A DNA stretch of 64,000 nucleotides, taken from NCBI GenBank assembly GCA_964016885.1, contig OZ024740.1, positions 1,612,001-1,676,000 of the forward strand, read 5' to 3'. The notes beneath the pieces were generated by a model. That model saw only the letters and a program-made list of their open reading frames with translations, ran no database searches and had not been told where the DNA came from. Below are positions 11,075-24,900 of this stretch, in pieces. The position numbers and the translations under genes were made by a program. Source of the stretch: Eledone cirrhosa (taxonomy: Eukaryota). Numbering within the stretch: the stretch's first letter is position 1; each line of letters begins with the position of its first letter.

Positions 11075-11352
11075 ATAAAGTACCAGTAATGTACTGTACT
11101 GAGATAATTGCTGGCCATGTGCCAAAAGTAGAAACAATTATTAATTTAGAGATCGGTGGATTGGCAGTATCGGTAGAGGGTCGGACGCCATGCTTTGACG
11201 CACAGAGTTACGGCCCTTGCCATTCTGAGTTCAAATCCAGCCGAGGTTTACTTTGCCGTTCATCCTTACGGGGTCGATAAAATAAAGTACCAGTAATACA
11301 CTGATTAATTGCTGGCCTTGTGCCAAAAGTAGAAACAATTATTAATTTAGAG
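11075..11352 (+). mobile_element. SINE family A: a 3' fragment followed by a full copy in tandem
   Basis: The tail ...AAAGTAGAAACAATTATTAATTTAGAGA occurs twice. The head starts at ~11155. Confidence 0.85.
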
Positions 11353-11673
11353 AAAGTCAAACCAATTATACTGTTGGGGGTTTATTTCATCAACTTTTCA
11401 TCGACCTTACCTACAAATTTCAGACCGTACCTTCAGCTGGTGACATAGACCAGTACTTAGGTTTCGGTAAAAAGGGAAAATAGCTCCTATGGCAAACATT
11501 GAAATTACACCCCTGTCCATGCAGTAAGCTATATTGTAGTTGTTAGACAATGGGATTGATAGCACAGTTTCAATAAATGAGGGTTTAGGGTATTAAACTG
11601 TATTTTCATTTGTTCTACAGGCATCCTTTTATGCTTAAGTATACGTAAAGTATTGGCAACATTTTTAGTGTAT

Positions 11674-12908
11674 TTAAAGGGAGTGATCTGTGTAATACTG
11701 ATCTTTGACAAATATTAAAGGGAGTGATCTGTGTAATACTGATCTTTGACAAATATTAAAGGGAGTGATCTGTGTAATACTGATCTTTGACAAATATTAA
11801 AGGGAGTGATCTGTGTAATACTGATCTTTGACAAATATTAAAGGGAGTGATCTATGTAATACTGATCTTTGACAAATATTAGAGGGAGTGATCTATGTAA
11901 TACTGATCTTTGACAAATATTAAAGGGAGTGATCTGTGTAATACTGATCTTTGACAAATATTAAAGGGAGTGATCTATGTAATACTGATCTTTGACAAAT
12001 ATTAAAGGGAGTGATCTATGTAATACTGATCTGTGACAAATATTAAAGGGAGTGATCTGTGTAATACTGATCTTTGACAAATATTAGAGGGAGTGATCTA
12101 TGTAATACTGATCTTTGACAAATATTAAAGGGAGTGATCTGTGTAATACTGATCTTTGACAAATATTAAAGGGAGTGATCTGTGTAATACTGATCTTTGA
12201 CAAATATTAAAGGGAGTGATCTGTGTAATACTGATCTTTGACAAATATTAAAGGGAGTGATCTGTGTAATACTGATCTTTGACAAATATTAAAGGGAGTG
12301 ATCTGTGTAATACTGATCTTTGACAAATATTAAAGGGAGTGATCTGTGTAATACTGATCTTTGACAAATATTAGAGGGAGTGATCTATGTAATACTGATC
12401 TTTGACAAATATTAAAGGGAGTGATCTATGTAATACTGATCTTTGACAAATATTAAAGGGAGTGATCTGTGTAATACTGATCTTTGACAAATATTAAAGG
12501 GAGTGATCTATGTAATACTGATCTTTGACAAATATTAGAGGGAGTGATCTGTGTAATATTGATCTGTGACAAATATTAAAGGGAGTGATCTATGTAATAC
12601 TGATCTTTGACAAATATTAAAGGGAGTGATCTGTGTAATATTGATCTGTGACAAATATTAAAGGGAGTGATCTATGTAATACTGATCTTTGACAAATATT
12701 AAAGGGAGTGATCTATGTAATACTGATCTTTGACAAATATTAGAGGGAGTGATCTATGTAATACTGATCTTTGACAAATATTAGAGGGAGTGATCTGTGT
12801 AATATTGATCTGTGACAAATATTAAAGGGAGTGATCTATGTAATACTGATCTTTGACAAATATTAGAGGGAGTGATCTGTGTAATATTGATCTGTGACAA
12901 ATATTAAA
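11674..12908. repeat. 41-bp minisatellite, ~30 copies
   Basis: Unit AAAGGGAGTGATCTGTGTAATACTGATCTTTGACAAATATT. Confidence 0.97.
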
Positions 12909-15102
12909 ACCCTATGAAGATATTTGACAAGTCATACTATGAGGCATGCATCTGTGGTCATGCAGTTCCCAGCATTGTATTTTTACCTATGGGTCTAATA
13001 ATTTATATAAATGGTTTAATGATCCAGCCACCATAGCTTGTCTCACCAATGATAATCGAAGACAGATCATACACCTGAAGAAGTCTCTTTTTTCACTCTC
13101 TGATGATAGCTTATCTGACTTTAAAAGAAGGTGCTCCTAGTCCATGTAGCACCCTCTTTCAGGTGGCGCCCATGGCAAGTACCATGCCTGCCATACCCTA
13201 GATACGTCTCTGGGCTTGGCTGATACATAGCTAGGGGGTTAACTCGTGTTGGTGACAAAGCTATCTTACGCATATTTATGTATGAGTTACACATATAACA
13301 CAAACGACTTTATTAAAGCGGTTTATTGTAACCCCCGTTGTCCCCTACTCAGCTAGGGTCAGAACTTGTTTATCACAGTAATTATTTGTCCTTAATCCAA
13401 CACTTAATCTCCTTTAATCCACAACTATCCGTTAGCTTCACATTTAAATGTTCTACATAGACACACACGCTTATTTTCATCCAGCAATCCCTATTCTCTC
13501 TTCAAACCTTAACTCCTAGCCATCAGTCCCTTTTCTCCTTATAATTCCAACTTACAAACCGTCGCTGTCCCCTAATCCCTATATCAATTATAATATTCTA
13601 ACAGTTGTCTTTAATTTTGTACCGTACAACCTTCGGATTCCTTACTTCTCTTACTCTGTCACTACTTCCTCTCTATCTCTTTCACTACTTCTCTTTTTCC
13701 TCCCCTTTTCTCTCTTTCTTTTACTCTTACTTTACTCTCTTTCCTTCCCTCGTTCTTCCATTGCTCTCTCTCTCTCTCTTCACTGCTATCCATCTCTGTT
13801 TTAACTTTGTTTCTTCCTCACTCAACCTCTTCTTCTCTCTCTCATGTTTCACACCGCCACCACTCATTGCATCCTTCTGTCTTCTGTCTTTACATACACA
13901 CAGACAAACACACACAGGCATACGCAAACACGCACACGCGCAGACACTCACATACACGCACAGAGACTCACATACACGCGCGCAGACATGCTTACACGCA
14001 CACACACACACACTTCCTTCCTTTTTTCCGTTCCACACTAGTTTACTCTCTCATTCACTTCCTCTCTCTCTCATCTCTCTCACCTCTCTCCCCCTCTCTC
14101 ACTTCTCTCAGTTTGTCCAAATACTTCTCTTCGTCGCACCAGCGTTCCTCAGAAAGGGAAACAAAGGACTTAAAGAGAGAGAGGGAGAATAGGAAGAAGA
14201 TATATTAGTGAGATAGAGAGAGAGGGGGAGAATAAGAAGACGATGTATTAGTGTGAGAGAGAGAGAGGGAGAATACGAAGATGTATTAGTGAGTGAGAGA
14301 GAGAGTAGGAGGATGTAGGAGTAGTAGTAGGAGTAGGGGAATAGGAAGAATATATATATTTTAAAAAAAAGAGGGAGAAAAAATGTGAGTTCCGTTAGTG
14401 GTATAGATAGATAGAAAGATATAGAGAGAGTGAAAGAAAGAAGGGGAGGAGAAATGTGCCAGGCCAGCTGACTGAACTGGAAGGCTTTTCGGGAAGCTCA
14501 ACTGTAGGATTTTATAACGGAACCAAGACTAAGAGAAATTACACAGGGACATATATATATATATACACACACACATATATGTATATACTCGCGATCTCTT
14601 GACTTTAATTCAACACACCTCTCACTACATACACTCATATATACACACACACATACATACATACACATGTGTGTCTATGTATTTATTTTTGTGTAGATAA
14701 ATGTGCGTTTAGTTCCTGTTAGTTTAGTCTACTATATATAGACACTACATCTATATAACTGTTTGATATGTGTATGTATATATAAGTCAGTGTTAATGTG
14801 TGAGTTAGGGTTAGTCTAGTGTCAACTGTCTCTACATGCTTTCTATGTTGTCAACTATGTGTATAAACGACATTACTTCCTACCAGTTCACCCATGTGTC
14901 TATGACATAGTTTCTCTCTATATACACATATATATATTTACATATAAATATGTGTGAAATGTTGAGTGCATTGCTCATGTATTTATAACATCTTTCTATC
15001 TTCTCTCCTCTTTCTATATATCAAGCTTTAAACTAATATTGTAGTTAGCTTTGTTGTTTCTGTTTACTATTCGCAAACATATATATATATATACATACAC
15101 AT

Positions 15103-15170
<68 letters not shown>

Positions 15171-15359
15171 GCACACACACACATATATATAAGCGAATAT
15201 GTATAAGATTGAATGTATACGCATGTCTGCGTAAAATAAGTCTAGTCAATTGCCGAGGTAGGCACATGTATGATATAGTTTAGCTAGTGTGTGTTTGTGT
15301 GTATATATTTGTATGTATATCTATACATGTATGTATAAACTAATCTACGACTGTCTAAA

Positions 15360-15625
15360 ATGACAACCGAAGAGGATAGTAGCAAGATAATGGCTTCACA
15401 TTTATCTTCAAACAACATGAACAACACCACATCACCACCATCACAATCGTCGTTGTCGTGTTCTTCAACAAAACAAAGTACATCGGAAACAATAACAAAA
15501 ACGACGACAATGAAACCGTCATCGTCTCCACCTCCCCGTACTGACGGTGGAGCTTTGATTCGAAACTCTATTGGAGATATAAACAGAACAAAGGACAGCC
15601 CAGTTCCACCTGGCTATATATACAG
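15360..15625 (+). CDS. Probable first coding exon of an unidentified host gene (Ser/Thr-rich disordered N-terminus)
   Basis: AAAATG start and a non-repetitive 88-codon frame MTTEEDSSK...GGALIRNSIGDINRTKDSPVPPGYIY. It ends in a canonical donor AG|GTGAGT at 15626 (phase 2). No downstream exon was recognised. Confidence 0.55.
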
Positions 15626-16159
15626 GTGAGTGGTTTATATATACACTGTCAAATAGACACTTATATAATGTCATACCATGCATCAATCATTCCTGAAGTT
15701 GTAGCGATATATCTATATCTATCTATCTATCTATCTATCTATATAGATATGGGAGTTTAAACCTGGTGGAACCCAGGGTTGTATTTAGACGGGGGGGGGG
15801 GGGGATACACAGCAACCCCACCCCCCAATTTTACATATCAAAGTAATTGGAATTGAAAAGTTATACATACAGTTATTAAATTAAAACATTCTAACCAACA
15901 TAAAACTAAAAGCCCAGCTGAGGGCAGAAATAAATTGATACGGCTATCACTGGTGGGGCACCCCAATAAATCCGAGCTGGTGGAACCCATCCCTCTACAA
16001 GTCTGATGAGCACAACCGACACATATATAGATATACATATATATATATGATATGTATACACACATAATATGTGTGTACATACGATATCTTGGCTGTTTAT
16101 CGAACTTAAGTTGTCCCTTATTCAGTTGCTTTATCTTGCACTTAATACCCTTTATCTAT

Positions 16160-16720
16160 AATTCCTACAGAATGAAAATATACATATAATATATACAATA
16201 CTTAAATACTTCACATAAAAAATATAGAATCAAAACGAGGGAAAATAATAATTTAACACTGTGTCAATTGGTGACACCACAAGGAGTGCCGGAGCCATCT
16301 ATGTAAACCAACACACCGGCAGTATTTCCATGGGTGATGGCGAGGCTAAGGTACTGGAACAGCAAAGCACCAACACGGGCATCACCTGATACCTCGGTAA
16401 GGCGAGGCGATAAGGATGACAGTAACTTCATTGTCAGCGGCCTGGCTCCCCCAAATGTCACGAACGCCACAGGCTAAAAAAGATAGTTTGTCGATAATTC
16501 CTGGTATTTTAGAATTTTATTCCGTCCGGTCACGGAATGTCGTGACTCTCTTATATTTACTGCAGCATCCTGGATGTGGGAAGGAGCAAAAGAATCACTT
16601 ATAAATGTGATATCTACCTCTTACCCAAGGACAAAGGGTAAGACCATCAACTCTGGACAATCCAGCCGGCTCCGAAATATGAGGGGATATTTACCCGAGC
16701 CAGGGCGCGCTTAAAGCTCG
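16160..16720 (-). mobile_element. Older CRE-clade LINE fragment
   Basis: ORF 16264-16470 (...LLFQYLSLAITHGNTAGVL) is homologous to 9682-10065. Confidence 0.7.
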
Positions 16721-16743
16721 GCATAGCGAACCAAGCGGCAAGA

Positions 16744-16770
<27 letters not shown>

Positions 16771-16774
<4 letters not shown>

Positions 16775-16910
16775 AGTACAAACTTCTTGGTATAAATATC
16801 CAAAGGTTTAGAACACTCAGTTCGTAGGACGAGTTATTATATAATCAATTTCACGGAGGTCCATTACTAATCAATTTCACTGAGGTTTATTATCGGTGAT
16901 AATTGATTAT
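16771..16910 (+). mobile_element. 140-bp (TA)n-flanked mini-element homologous to the PLE 3' region
   Basis: AATATCC-N7-TAGAACACTCAGTTCGTAGGACGAGT aligns with PLE 4819-4858 AATATCC-N7-TAGAGCACTCAGTCCATGGGACTAGT. Confidence 0.65.
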
Positions 16911-17434
16911 ATATATATATATATATACCAAAGAAAATAGTGAAGTACTGCACTATTATCACACACACATAGTGTGTATGTATATATACACGTAGACAGG
17001 GTTATTGTTTAACTATACATAGGACTACTGATTTCCTTATTTAATACTCAATACAGTTTATTACAATAGTATATGTATTGACCTAACACATTGAGGTGGT
17101 GTATAACCCATTATAACAACAGTTGGGCAGAATAGGTACCTATTTTATTGACCAAAGACAGATCTTGGCGCCGTTTCAACCCAGAGATGTAAAGGTACAA
17201 GAATAGGGGCAGTAATTTATTTCATCTCCCGCTTGAATGTGCGTATGTATGTATGTATGTATATATATAAATATATATAAAACAAAGGAATTGTGGTAAG
17301 GAACCAGATGGACCATAACGCACTAGAGTCTAGAAATAGCCGTCGAAACGGCTTGAGCTCTGCCGTCGGGGTCATACTTTTTCCTGTATATATATATATA
17401 CAGGAAAAAGTATAGTTGATAAATGAACAAAATA

Positions 17435-17509
17435 CAAGGTGTCCACAAAAATATATACACACTTAAACCACTTTAATCAAAGTGTGTATACATTTTTTGG
17501 GTCACCCTG
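17435..17509. mobile_element. Tc1/mariner-type mini-MITE
   Basis: TA-CAAGGTGTCC...GGTCACCCTG-TA, palindromic over its length. Confidence 0.75.
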
Positions 17510-18524
17510 TATATATGAGACAGACAGTCACACTCCTTCTCTCACATGGTATTTCAATAGGTGCATTAGCTTTACATGTGTACTTAATATATATACATAC
17601 ACAAGTACATATATTTAGAATTCTTTCTATACACACAAATTATATATATATATATATATATATGTATATTTAATTAATTCATTCATTATTTTAATTAAAC
17701 ATGAAACACTGAATTTTTTCTACAATAGACTGTGTTACGTCATATACATTATTGTTTAATTAATTTCCAGTCATTTAATACCACATCAAACAGATAAGCT
17801 CCAATATGATGAGCTACGATTCTCGAGAAACACTTTTAAATGACCGTCATTTATTTTCTGTATGTATTAACTATGTAATCGGTAGATAGTATCAGCAATG
17901 GAAAGATAGATGGAAACATTGTTTCCTTGGTCCGGTTTGACGAGTTCCACCTCATTCAGTAAACGTATGAGGCCTGGGATCTTGTCGATAGTTAATAATA
18001 GATATATTAACAACATACTGGAGGCTTGTCTAGGTTTATAAATTCCTAAAATATGTACAAGTACATGAATTAACTATATTTTGGATAAATTATCTTTAAA
18101 AAGATGCTGTCAGTTTCCAGTTGTTATACTAGACAGATTTATATCAAGAGATTTTAGCAAACACTGCATGTAAAATATCTCAGAGCTTACCAAACTTTTC
18201 ACGTTGGCAAAAAAATAAAAACACTTTTCAAAAATAAAATTTTTGTGACACATTAATCTTTGTTAATGACACGAAATTAATTAAATTAGTTAAATATTCT
18301 ATACATCCCGTGTCACCAATTATTTGGTTAATTTTTTTACACGACTCAATATTCGAAAAGATTTGATGAGATTTTACAATAAAAAGAATCTATACATATA
18401 TATAATTCACTAGAAGGAAGCCCAACGGTGAAGAACACATGTAATGGATATCTCGATATGTAATATTTATAAATATATAACATTACAGGTTGCTCACAAT
18501 TCTTTCAGAATAACATTACAAATA

Positions 18525-18690
18525 TAATTATTTCTACTTCTGGCACAAGGCCAGCAAGTTACCCAGTTCATTACTGGTACTTTATTTTATAGACCCCGTA
18601 AGGATGAAAGTCAAAGTTAACCTCGACGGGATTTGAACTCAGACCGTAAAGAGCCATAACTCTATGCTGCAAAGCATGGTGTCTGACCCA
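18525..18690 (-). mobile_element. SINE family A copy
   Basis: Matches the consensus on the minus strand. Confidence 0.85.
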
Positions 18691-18890
18691 GTACAACGTA
18701 GTAACGAACTCCTCCAACACACAGCCTATGCCTGAATGAATTGACATCCAACATTACAAATATAATGTTGATAAAGACATATAAACATATATAACAAATA
18801 CAATAAAGCATTGCTTTAATTGCTAGATATAGTAAAGTAGTCAAGTGTCGTGACACATGTTGAAGAGCTGTGTGGGAGAGTGATATAAAC

Positions 18891-19121
18891 CAGTAGCATA
18901 GCTAGAGGGGGAGGGCGTCCACCCCGGGCGACACTTTTATGGGGGTGGCACTTTTGGGTCTGCTCTAGGCTGTAAACGTTCTTTTAATGCTGCAGCATAA
19001 TATTATAATTGTACACAGATTAGTTTATATATATATAAGAGCAATATGTAATTTTTTCTGTGGCCCGTGGGCGGCAAACTGAAGGGCTGCCCTGGCAGCA
19101 CACACTCTAGCTATATCACTG
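18891..19121. mobile_element. hAT-type MITE
   Basis: TIRs CAGTAGCATAGCTAGAG / CTCTAGCTATATCACTG, with 8-bp TSD ATATAAAC / ATGTAAAC. Confidence 0.8.
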
Positions 19122-20934
19122 ATGTAAACACACTATCTTAATCAATATATGTAAGCCCTTGGCAATAAATAGTAAGCTTATGCGGTCTCCATGGACATCT
19201 AAAGGTGGTACACAGTCGTTGAAACTAGTTCATTCTGTCATATAAAACGTTTACATGTGTCTATATACAGTGTTAGTTATACATAGATATATTCTATAGT
19301 ATAACATTGAAACTTGGCACTATACGGCACCACAATAGTTTATGTCATCGCTGGCAGCTCGCCTTACTGAGGTGATGTCTGTGAGAGTACTTGGTTGTTT
19401 CAGCGCCTTAGCCTTGCCATCACCCTTGGTAATGCTGTGAGTGTGGCTCTCCTCAAAATATTCCGTTGACACTTATGATATGTTGTGTGGTCGATTGACG
19501 CATTTTGTGGTGAATTGATGGTCGTTTTCGTCTCCCCTTTTTATTCTTCTTTCTCGCCCTCTGGTCATATATTTTGTTGTTTTTGTGGGGTTCCTAGCAA
19601 TAGTTGTATTTGTTCTATATGTTTATATTTGTCTTTATCAACATTATATTTGTAATGTTATTTGGATGTACCCGACTTGAAAAGATAAGTACTTGTGGCA
19701 ATATGATCAACTAAATGAAGCCAGTGCCCCACGATGGCTGCAGTCTAGTCACTGAAACCAATAAAATAATAAATCCAAGCAATTTCATGCAAGCTGGAAT
19801 AGTTCATCCATCGCGTCTCTCTCCAGAGAAACGCCTTCTCTATTCTGTCCGCCGGGGTCGCGGTGCGATAACGCGTGGACCCCCAATTGTTCATAATAGC
19901 GAGAGATGGGGGGCAGTGACAGTAGGAGTTTGGATCCTTTGTGTTCGGACCTGGTGTATATGTATGTTTCAGAGACACAAGTTATATTAAATGGCAATAC
20001 ATAGTGATCTCACTTGTGTATAAGAATGAGAAAGGATTTTGTTATTGTTGTAGTTGTTTTTGTTTTTTTTATTGTCTTGTTTTTACTGTTGTTTTATTGA
20101 ATATTCATATGACCTTCTTGAGAAGTCGTGCACCATCTACTTAGGTACAAAACTGTGGCCTACAACTGTGAACACATACATATATACTTGTTGGGTTCTG
20201 ACTGGATTACCCTAGCAGAATCATTAAAGTGTTGCAGAAAATAGCTCCAACATTTAATTATCACTCTTGAGGTAGTGAATTGAAATATTACCGAGGTTGT
20301 CTTGGACTTTCATCCTTCTGAGAATCAAAGGAAGTATCAGTCAACTACTTATAGTTAACATTCCTCTAAAACATGGATTTATAATCAAAGATGTACAGGC
20401 TTCTTGAACTTCTTCACCTCTTATTTACTTTACCATATACATAAATAACCCCTTCTCTAGCTCTTATCACCCCCTTCTCTCTCTCTCTCCGATTCACTTA
20501 TTTCCTCTACACACTATCATCGGACTATTTACTGACAAGCATTTATTCACCTTTAACCTCCCTGTTTACAAACATTTCACCATCATTAAGGAACTCCACA
20601 TTCATTCTTTCTTTCATCACCTTTCCCCAACCTAGGAAGAAAGAGAGACAGAGATGTTTCTTTGTTTTTTAGAGGGCATCAAATATCCATTGGCCTCTCC
20701 TTGGCTCTGTGACAGGGACAGATGTACTGGCTAAAGCTCCCTCTCTCATCAGCCTTGTCCAGAACTATACATTAATCACTTCCACAGTCTGAAAATAAGA
20801 TGGGATAGTCATAGTTGGAACACCTTAAATTATAATCATCAGTCCCTTGACCTCTGTAGTCGGCGTGGTGATCCAAATGCAGAAGCAGCATTATTCAAAA
20901 TAATCTATCAATAGCTGCTGTCAGCAAATCTGAT

Positions 20935-21360
20935 GTAGTCATGTGTGTCCATTCTTTGACATTGTCCAAGTTTTTATGTTGTCCACCTTCAACGGTGTCT
21001 TGCATGATGGTCTTGCACAGGCTGTCATGTCATGTGACATGGCCAAACCACGCCAGTTTCCTCCTTTTGACAGTGGCAAGGAGAGGTTCCTGGTGATCCA
21101 CAAAACTTTCAACCTTTCTCCGCACGTATTCATTGGTTTTACATTCTCATAGGAAACACGGAGTTTTCTCATGCATTTGTCCTCAAATGCCTGGATCCTT
21201 CTCTTTGTTTCTGCCAAGTGTCCAGGTCTCACACTCATATAGGACGGAGGTTACCAGTAATTTGTATAATCTGTACTTGGTCTGAAAGCTGATTTTGCTC
21301 TTCCATATTCTTGCCAATTTGGCCATTACTGCCATAGCAATCTGTGTGCAGATTTCTGCT
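20935..21360 (-). mobile_element. RTE-clade LINE ORF fragment
   Basis: RRIQAFEDKCMRKL...W.GHV.RH motifs across frameshifts. Confidence 0.8.
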
Positions 21361-22170
21361 TAATAATGGTTAATGAAGGTTAATTAAACAACCTAACAGT
21401 GATGTCATGTCAAATCTCCTCCTACCATTGCCTTAGTATCTGTTGTTTGACTCCCAGGTCAACCTTCCTTTATTCTTTCGTTAACATATTTCAATTGAAA
21501 ATCACAGCCTATGGTTTTCAAATAATTTTGAAAATAATAATCAAAACTTTGGAAGGATTTAATAATATAACTTTCTCATTATTAAGCTGGTGTTTATAAC
21601 ATTTCTTATGACAGGTTCTTACATAAAATTACAATGGAGGGATTTTAGGTAAATATACACCTCCAAACAAAGAACTAAGGGTTGTTTCAAGCTACTAGGT
21701 ATCAAATGTTATGTAAGCTTGATTCCAATGTTAACGTCCCATTTTTTTATCAGGTATGTATTGTACTATACACCTTTAATAAGTAGGATCTGATTTGGGA
21801 AAGAGTGGACCTCTGTTTCTACAAGGTAAAGTGTTTGGGTAGAGGCTTCATTGTTATATATATGGTAGATCAGTGATGTATAAACATTATATACATCAGT
21901 TGAAGGGCCAGACTTTCACCTAATGAAGCCCTAAGCTATATGATGTGTGAGACCCTTCTCTAAAATACAATAATTATACATGATTATTATTTTTTATATT
22001 AATGTTAATAATAAAGTACATATATATAATTTTTGATGATTTAGTGTTAAAAACTAATAAAATGAAAAATGTATATTTAAAAACTGAAGCCCCCCCCCCA
22101 GGTTGTGTGGCCCCCAAGCTTATTTAGTTTATAGGTAAGTCCAGTACTGATCACTGGTATTTAACATTAT

Positions 22171-22358
22171 GTGGATTGGCAGTATCGGTAGAGGGTTGGA
22201 CGCCATGCTTTGATACATAGAGTTATGGCCCTTGCCATTCTGAGTTCAAATCCAGCCGAGGTTAACTTTGCCTTTCATCCTTACGGGGTCGATAAAATAA
22301 AATACCAGTAATGCACTGGGATAATTGCTGGCCTTGTGCCAAAAGTAGAAACAATTAT
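22171..22358 (+). mobile_element. SINE family A copy
   Basis: Full match to the consensus. Confidence 0.9.
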
Positions 22359-22362
22359 ATGT

Positions 22363-24900
22363 AGTACATCTGTTTTTCTATACATACATGGGTTATATAG
22401 GTCTTCTCCAGCACAGTATCTAGTTGTTGTCTTTGTCAGGTTCATCTCTCCATACATGGGTTATATAGGTCTTCTCCAGCACAGTATCTAGTAGTTGTCT
22501 TTGTCAGGTTCATCTCTCCATACATGGGTTATATAGGTCTTCTCCAGCACAGTATCTAGTTGTTGTCTTTGTCAGGTTCATCTCTCCATACATGGGTTAT
22601 ATAGGTCTTCTCCAGCACAGTATCTAGTTGTTGTCTTTGTCAGGTTCATCTCTCCATACATGGGTTATATAGGTCTTCTCCAGCACAGTATCTAGTTGTT
22701 GTCTTTGTCAGGTTCATCTCTCCATACATGGGTTATATAGGTCTTCTCCAGCACAGTATCTAGTTGTTGTCTTTGTCAGGTTCATCTCTCCATACATGGG
22801 TTATATAGGTCTTCTCCAGCACAGTATCTAGTTGTTGTCTTTGTCAGGTTCATCTCTCCATACATGGGTTATATAGGTCTTCTCCAGCACAGTATCTAGT
22901 TGTTGTCTTTGTCAGGTTCATCTCTCCATACATGGGTTATATAGGTCTTCTCCAGCACAGTATCTAGTTGTTGTCTTTGTCAGGTTCATCTCTCCATACA
23001 TGGGTTATATAGGTCTTCTCCAGCACAGTATCTAGTTGTTGTCTTTGTCAGGTTCATCTCTCCATACATGGGTTATATAGGTCTTCTCCAGCACAGTATC
23101 TAGTTGTTGTCTTTGTCAGGTTCATCTCTCCATACATGGGTTATATAGGTCTTCTCCAGCACAGTATCTAGTTGTTGTCTTTGTCAGGTTCATCTCTCCA
23201 TACATGGGTTATATAGGTCTTCTCCAGCACAGTATCTAGTTGTTGTCTTTGTCAGGTTCATCTCTCCATACATGGGTTATATAGGTCTTCTCCAGCACAG
23301 TATCTAGTTGTTGTCTTTGTCAGGTTCATCTCTCCATACATGGGTTATATAGGTCTTCTCCAGCACAGTATCTAGTAGTTGTCTTTGTCAGGTTCATCTC
23401 TCCATACATGGGTTATATAGGTCTTCTCCAGCACAGTATCTAGTTGTTGTCTTTGTCAGGTTCATCTCTCCATACATGGGTTATATAGGTCTTCTCCAGC
23501 ACAGTATCTAGTAGTTGTCTTTGTCAGGTTCATCTTTCCATACATGGGTTATATAGGTCTTCTCCAGCACAGTATCTAGTTGTTGTCTTTGTCAGGTTCA
23601 TCTCTCCATACATGGGTTATATAGGTCTTCTCCAGCACAGTATCTAGTAGTTGTCTTTGTCAGGTTCATCTCTCCATACATGGGTTATATAGGTCTTCTC
23701 CAGCACAGTATCTAGTTGTTGTCTTTGTCAGGTTCATCTCTCCATACATGGGTTATATAGGTCTTCTCCAGCACAGTATCTAGTAGTTGTCTTTGTCAGG
23801 TTCATCTTTCCATACATGGGTTATATAGGTCTTCTCCAGCACAGTATCTAGTTGTTGTCTTTGTCAGGTTCATCTCTCCATACATGGGTTATATAGGTCT
23901 TCTCCAGCACAGTATCTAGTAGTTGTCTTTGTCAGGTTCATCTCTCCATACATGGGTTATATAGGTCTTCTCCAGCACAGTATCTAGTTGTTGTCTTTGT
24001 CAGGTTCATCTCTCCATACATGGGTTATATAGGTCTTCTCCAGCACAGTATCTAGTAGTTGTCTTTGTCAGGTTCATCTTTCCATACATGGGTTATATAG
24101 GTCTTCTCCAGCACAGTATCTAGTTGTTGTCTTTGTCAGGTTCATCTCTCCATACATGGGTTATATAGGTCTTCTCCAGCACAGTATCTAGTTGTTGTCT
24201 TTGTCAGGTTCATCTTTCCATACATGGGTTATATAGGTCTTCTCCAGCACAGTATCTAGTTGTTGTCTTTGTCAGGTTCATCTCTCCATACATGGGTTAT
24301 ATAGGTCTTCTCCAGCACAGTATCTAGTTGTTGTCTTTGTCAGGTTCATCTCTCCATACATGGGTTATATAGGTCTTCTCCAGCACAGTATCTAGTTGTT
24401 GTCTTTGTCAGGTTCATCTCTCCATACATGGGTTATATAGGTCTTCTCCAGCACAGTATCTAGTAGTTGTCTTTGTCAGGTTCATCTTTCCATACATGGG
24501 TTATATAGGTCTTCTCCAGCACAGTATCTAGTTGTTGTCTTTGTCAGGTTCATCTCTCCATACATGGGTTATATAGGTCTTCTCCAGCACAGTATCTAGT
24601 TGTTGTCTTTGTCAGGTTCATCTTTCATCACATCTTTCCATGTCTTCCAGACATCCTCTTCAGCAAGTTCCTCCATAACGATCACTTGGCACTTCTTTAT
24701 TATCATCCACCATATATATCACACAGCCATACAAGTCTTCTCTCTCACATACCCACTCTCTCACTCCTCTTCTACCTAGTTTTTCTCTCAACTCTCACAC
24801 ACTCACATTACACATCCAGTAGATCACGCTCATTTTATTTATTTCCATCCACTGTGCATCCTCCACATTCACTTCCTATGTTTCACAATCCTTCAACATT
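22363..24900 (-). mobile_element. Degraded RTE LINE 3' remnant hosting the 68-bp array
   Basis: The right flank on the minus strand resembles RTE YG.V..M.DD..KKC...EG...GR..KTW..V. The left flank AACCCATG...GAAAAACAGATGTA resembles the RTE 3' end at 32975-33005. Confidence 0.6.
22383..24626. repeat. 68-bp minisatellite, ~33 highly homogeneous copies
   Basis: Unit CATACATGGGTTATATAGGTCTTCTCCAGCACAGTATCTAGTTGTTGTCTTTGTCAGGTTCATCTCTC. Confidence 0.97.

Noticed and set aside
11674-24626. 41-bp and 68-bp arrays as CRISPR arrays
   Set aside because: The units are head-to-tail with no unique spacers, there are no cas genes, and the context is eukaryotic.
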